Part shown: positions 7,579 to 10,641 of the stretch, in pieces
Position numbering within the stretch: the stretch's first letter is position 1
How the letters are laid out: the number at the start of each line of letters is the position of its first letter
Assembly: GCA_043816185.1 (NCBI GenBank)
Contig: JBDRIG010000018.1
Location: 1-10,641, forward strand
Reading direction: 5' to 3'
Source: Elusimicrobiota bacterium
GTDB taxonomy: Bacteria > Elusimicrobiota > UBA8919
Length of the DNA stretch: 10,641 bases
Notes under the pieces: generated by a model
Seen by the model: the letters and a program-made list of their open reading frames with translations, nothing else
Told to the model about the DNA's origin: nothing
Database searches by the model: none
Program-made: the position numbers and the translations under genes

Positions 7579-7613
7579 TTACAAGTTGTTTTGTCGTCCC
7601 TTGGGAGCGCATG

Positions 7614-7641
7614 CCTTGCCTTCTGATTGCAAAAGGCAAGG
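7614..7641. other. Perfect 9-bp inverted repeat downstream of the receiver gene
   Basis: ccttgcctt (7614-7622) / aaggcaagg (7633-7641), 10-nt loop. No U-tract, so not a canonical intrinsic terminator. Confidence 0.55.
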
Positions 7642-7732
7642 AAATTATACAAAAAACTCAAGAAATCTGTTACCGAAATTGTGAAGTATTACACGAAGGA
7701 GTGTGAACGCAACTGAAGAAGCATGCGTTGTC

Positions 7733-7768
7733 TGTCATCCCGAGGGAGCGTAGCGACCGAGGGATCTC
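7733..7768 (+). repeat. REP/RPE-like short palindromic element
   Basis: tgtcatcccgagggagcgtagcgaccgagggatctc: arms atccc (7737-7741) / gggat (7761-7765) around a GAGCGnAGCGAC core. GC-rich against the background and related to the 10424-10526 units. Confidence 0.75.
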
Positions 7769-7840
7769 GTCTCTGTCACTTCGCTTACCGTGGCAAACTT
7801 ACTCGACCGTTTTCCGCTCTTGTGTACCAGCTAAAAAATT

Positions 7841-9472
7841 ATGAGAAAACTAAAACTTTTTTTGATGAACAATTGGTTGATAGTTGTCGTTATATTTGTT
7901 TTCATTGCACTCGTTCTACTCACTATTATCGGTTTGAATTCATTAGAATCATTTTACCGCAATTTGACTCTCTCCACAATACCACTACAACTTTTACTTG
8001 CTGGATTCAACGCAACCATATTTGTTTACCTTTATATGATAGTGTTTCGTGGCGGATTCGCAGCGATGAAAAAATCCAAAATAAAACCAGAAGATATACA
8101 TATTAAATTTAAGCAGGTTATTGGGTTGGGGCAAGCAAAAAAAGAAGCGATGGAAGTTGTTCAATTATTGAACGATAGAACAAGAGTTAAAAAAATCGGC
8201 GGTAAAATTATCAAAGGTATTTTGCTTATAGGTCCGCCAGGTTGTGGCAAAACAATGTTAGCAAAAGCAATCGCTTGTGAATCTAATGTACCGTTTTTAC
8301 ATATTTCTGGAAGTGAGTTTGTGGAAGTATTTGTTGGTGTTGGTGCAAGTCGAGTTCGCAAACTTTTTAAGAAAGCACGAGAGTATGCTTATGCACACGG
8401 TGCCTGCATCATTTTTATTGACGAAGTTGAGGTTATAGGTCGCGGTAGGACATTTTCATTTATGGGTGGTGGCGAAGAAACAAATTCAACACAAAATCAA
8501 CTATTGGTAGAGATGGATGGATTGGAAAGTTCACAGGCAAATATTGTTGTTGTCGGCGCAACGAATAGTTCTTTGGAAATATTAGACAAAGCACTTTTAA
8601 GGCCAGGTAGGTTTGATAGAAAAATTTATATCGGTACACCAAACTTAAAGGAGCGAGAGGAAATAATTAAATTTTATCTGGGAAAAATAAAATATGATCC
8701 GCAAATAGATATTTCAAGATTGGCAAAAAAAACCGTCTACAGGTCGCCTGCTGATATTGAAAATATTGTGAAAGAAGCGGCACTTATTGCCGCAAGGGAT
8801 AAAAAAGACTTTGTAGAAATGAGAGATATTTCCGATGCGATGGATAGAATCGAGTTGGGATTAAAACATGACTTGTCGCTGACGCCAGAAGAAAAAGAAA
8901 AAGTTGCATATCACGAGGCGGGGCATACAGTTATTTTGTATTTTCTTCATCCAACCGACGATGTTTTTAAAGCATCAATAATATCGCGAGGCGGTGCGTT
9001 GGGTGTTGTCAGTCATCATCCAAGGGCTGAACTTTGGATGGTTAGTAAAGAAAAACTGTTAGCAGATATAAAAGTATTTCTTGCTGGCTATGTTGCGGAG
9101 AGAAAAAGATTTGGCACAACATCAAGTGGTGTGGAAAATGATTTACAAAATGCAACCAGAATTGCACATAATATGGTTTGGCAACTTGGAATGTCTATCG
9201 ATAATTCAGATAATACTTTGATAAGTAATTTTTCAGTAATAGATAAAAAAGAAATTTCGGAATCACTCAAAGAAAAACTCAATCTTCAAACATTAAAAAT
9301 ATTACAAGAATGTACAAAAAAAGTTGATGAATTTTTTAATCTTGAATGGCAAGTCGTGGAACATTTTGCAAGTAAACTTATTGAAAAAGAAGAACTTGAC
9401 TACGACGAAATCGAATCAATATTTAAGTCATTAAACAAAGAAAAACCTGACCTAAATATTCTTTCCAAATAG
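7841..9472 (+). CDS. ftsH: FtsH-like membrane-anchored AAA+ ATPase / M41 zinc metalloprotease (divergent paralog)
   Basis: Two N-terminal hydrophobic segments, Walker A GPPGCGKT (8231-8254), pore loop FVGVG, Walker [25 protein letters not shown] (8912-8926), third-ligand region [10 protein letters not shown]. Confidence 0.9.
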   Translation: MRKLKLFLMNNWLIVVVIFVFIALVLLTIIGLNSLESFYRNLTLSTIPLQLLLAGFNATIFVYLYMIVFRGGFAAMKKSKIKPEDIHIKFKQVIGLGQAKKEAMEVVQLLNDRTRVKKIGGKIIKGILLIGPPGCGKTMLAKAIACESNVPFLHISGSEFVEVFVGVGASRVRKLFKKAREYAYAHGACIIFIDEVEVIGRGRTFSFMGGGEETNSTQNQLLVEMDGLESSQANIVVVGATNSSLEILDKALLRPGRFDRKIYIGTPNLKEREEIIKFYLGKIKYDPQIDISRLAKKTVYRSPADIENIVKEAALIAARDKKDFVEMRDISDAMDRIELGLKHDLSLTPEEKEKVAYHEAGHTVILYFLHPTDDVFKASIISRGGALGVVSHHPRAELWMVSKEKLLADIKVFLAGYVAERKRFGTTSSGVENDLQNATRIAHNMVWQLGMSIDNSDNTLISNFSVIDKKEISESLKEKLNLQTLKILQECTKKVDEFFNLEWQVVEHFASKLIEKEELDYDEIESIFKSLNKEKPDLNILSK

Positions 9473-9537
9473 TAGTTGATTTTTTATTTAGGTGTAAAAT
9501 TCTCGACTGTATAAATAAAATGTTAACGGAATAAAAA

Positions 9538-10380
9538 ATGAAACTTATAGATATAATTTTTCCACCATCAACTCCTTTTATTTCTTCTGCGAATTATTAT
9601 ATTGGGCTATTGAAAGGGATAGAAGTTGGTGCAAGAATACATAATTATGGAATATTGATGTTTGCTTCACACGTTGAAAATGGGCAGATAGTGTATGAAA
9701 AGTGTTTTGATGAAAAAATTGTGAATGGCATCATAGTAATTGCCTATCCACTCGAAAAAAAAATCATAGAAACCCTACTTAAAAAAAAGGTTCCAGTTGT
9801 ATTAGTATCTTGTGGTTATCCAAAACTCAATTATGTTAAAACATGTAACGAATCCGGTATTTTTAATGTAGTAGAATATTTAGTTAAACTTGGTCATAAA
9901 AAAATTGGAATAATAAGCGGAACTGCAGGAAGTCCCGATAGCGAAGAAAGACTTTGTTCGTTCAAATTGGCATTGGAAAAATATGGTTTGAAAATATCAG
10001 ATACTTGGATTGGGTTTGGAGATTTTGATGAAAAATTAGGCTGCCATGTTATGAAAAAAATGCTTGACCAGCCATCTATTCCAACTGCTGTATTTTGTGC
10101 TAATGATTTGATAGCAATAGGTGCTATCGATGCAGTAAAAGAAAAAGGGTTAAGAATACCAGAAGATATTTCTATTGTTGGTTTTGATGATATGAATATT
10201 TCACATTTTGTTCATCCACCATTGACCACAGTAAAACAAAATTTATTAGAAATGGGTAGAATAGCAGTAGAAATTTTGGTAAAACAGATTGCCAAACCGT
10301 ATACAAAATTGACGCAAATTAGCTTAGAGCCATCTTTGGTAATAAGAGAATCTTGTGCAAAAGCTAAAGACTTTGCGTAA
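9538..10380 (+). CDS. LacI/GalR-family ligand-binding domain protein without an N-terminal HTH
   Basis: [77 protein letters not shown]. Confidence 0.9.
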   Translation: MKLIDIIFPPSTPFISSANYYIGLLKGIEVGARIHNYGILMFASHVENGQIVYEKCFDEKIVNGIIVIAYPLEKKIIETLLKKKVPVVLVSCGYPKLNYVKTCNESGIFNVVEYLVKLGHKKIGIISGTAGSPDSEERLCSFKLALEKYGLKISDTWIGFGDFDEKLGCHVMKKMLDQPSIPTAVFCANDLIAIGAIDAVKEKGLRIPEDISIVGFDDMNISHFVHPPLTTVKQNLLEMGRIAVEILVKQIAKPYTKLTQISLEPSLVIRESCAKAKDFA

Positions 10381-10423
10381 TTTGCATGGACACATAGATG
10401 CGGCCGCACTAACACCACTTCGT

Positions 10424-10526
10424 TGTCGTTGCGAGAGTCCCGATGTTTTTTATCGTGGCTCGTGGCAATCTCAATGTTGAAGTTCGAGATTGCTTCGTCG
10501 CTCATTTCATTCGCTTCTCGCAATGG
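10424..10526. repeat. Inverted pair of REP/RPE-like palindromic units (REPIN-like)
   Basis: Unit 1 tgtcgttgcgag...gcaatctc (10424-10472) and inverted unit 2 gagattgcttcgtcgc...ctcgcaatgg (10486-10526). Perfect pairings: gcaatctc/gagattgc and ttgcgaga (10429-10436)/tctcgcaa (10516-10523). Confidence 0.8.
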
Positions 10527-10532
10527 TATAAT
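10524..10532 (+). promoter_or_regulatory. Candidate extended -10 promoter element
   Basis: TGgTATAAT matches TGnTATAAT exactly. No good -35. Confidence 0.4.
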
Positions 10533-10617
10533 GGAAAAGCAAGCTTCCTTCCGGGGAGGTCATAAAGTAACGCATAAAAGCGCAGACCTTTTGTGATCTT
10601 TTCAAACGATCAAAAGT

Positions 10618-10636
10618 GGTGTATAATATATACACC
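10618..10636. promoter_or_regulatory. Perfect palindrome containing a TATAAT box (candidate operator/promoter or hairpin)
   Basis: ggtgtata-ata-tatacacc, with TATAAT at 10622-10627. Confidence 0.5.
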
Positions 10637-10641
10637 GGACT

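Noticed and set aside
7614..7641. Intrinsic terminator
   Set aside because: Good stem but no U-tract on either strand; kept only as a hairpin.
7611..7706. 31-aa small ORF MPCLLIAKGKEIIQKTQEICYRNCEVLHEGV
   Set aside because: The SD-like gggag is only 3 nt from the ATG, the ORF overlaps repeat-derived sequence, and no homology is recognisable.
7592..7768. CRISPR array
   Set aside because: Units are degenerate and irregularly spaced, and no cas genes are present.
7785..7830. c-di-GMP-I riboswitch suggested by ggcaaac upstream of ftsH
   Set aside because: No GNRA-capped P2 stem or following GACGCAAAG-like and P3 elements are visible.
7723..8106. 127-aa + strand ORF
   Set aside because: Begins in the palindromic repeat region and overlaps ftsH out of frame.
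9476..9500. Sigma70 promoter TTGATT...TAAAAT for the LacI-like gene
   Set aside because: The spacer is only 13 nt.
7380..10523. Minus-strand ORFs 7380-7661, 8161-8361, 8460-8642, 9088-9282 and 10212-10523
   Set aside because: They overlap real genes antisense or translate the palindromic repeat, with no protein motifs.

Overview
AT-rich bacterial window with four + strand genes. (1) The 3' part of a giant gene: frame +1 is open from base 1 to the TAA at 7180-7182 (>2393 aa), so the ORF track's start at 388 is an internal GTG. It strings together a coiled coil, an intact GGDEF domain, an unassigned helical domain, a HAD-IIB phosphatase/phosphomutase, a divergent alpha-glucan (glycogen) phosphorylase, a GH77-type 4-alpha-glucanotransferase, a second unassigned domain and a degenerate amylo-alpha-1,6-glucosidase (GDE_C). 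This resembles a glycogen-breakdown pathway fused to a c-di-GMP synthase. (2) A single-domain CheY-like receiver. (3) An FtsH-like AAA+ metalloprotease with almost no extracytoplasmic domain. (4) A LacI-family ligand-binding protein lacking its HTH. Two intergenic regions carry GC-rich REP/RPE-like palindromic elements, and the 3' end has hairpins and candidate -10 boxes. A near-identical 16-nt sequence (KTETG) flanks the GH77 module. All assignments are from motif recognition by eye; no searches were run.
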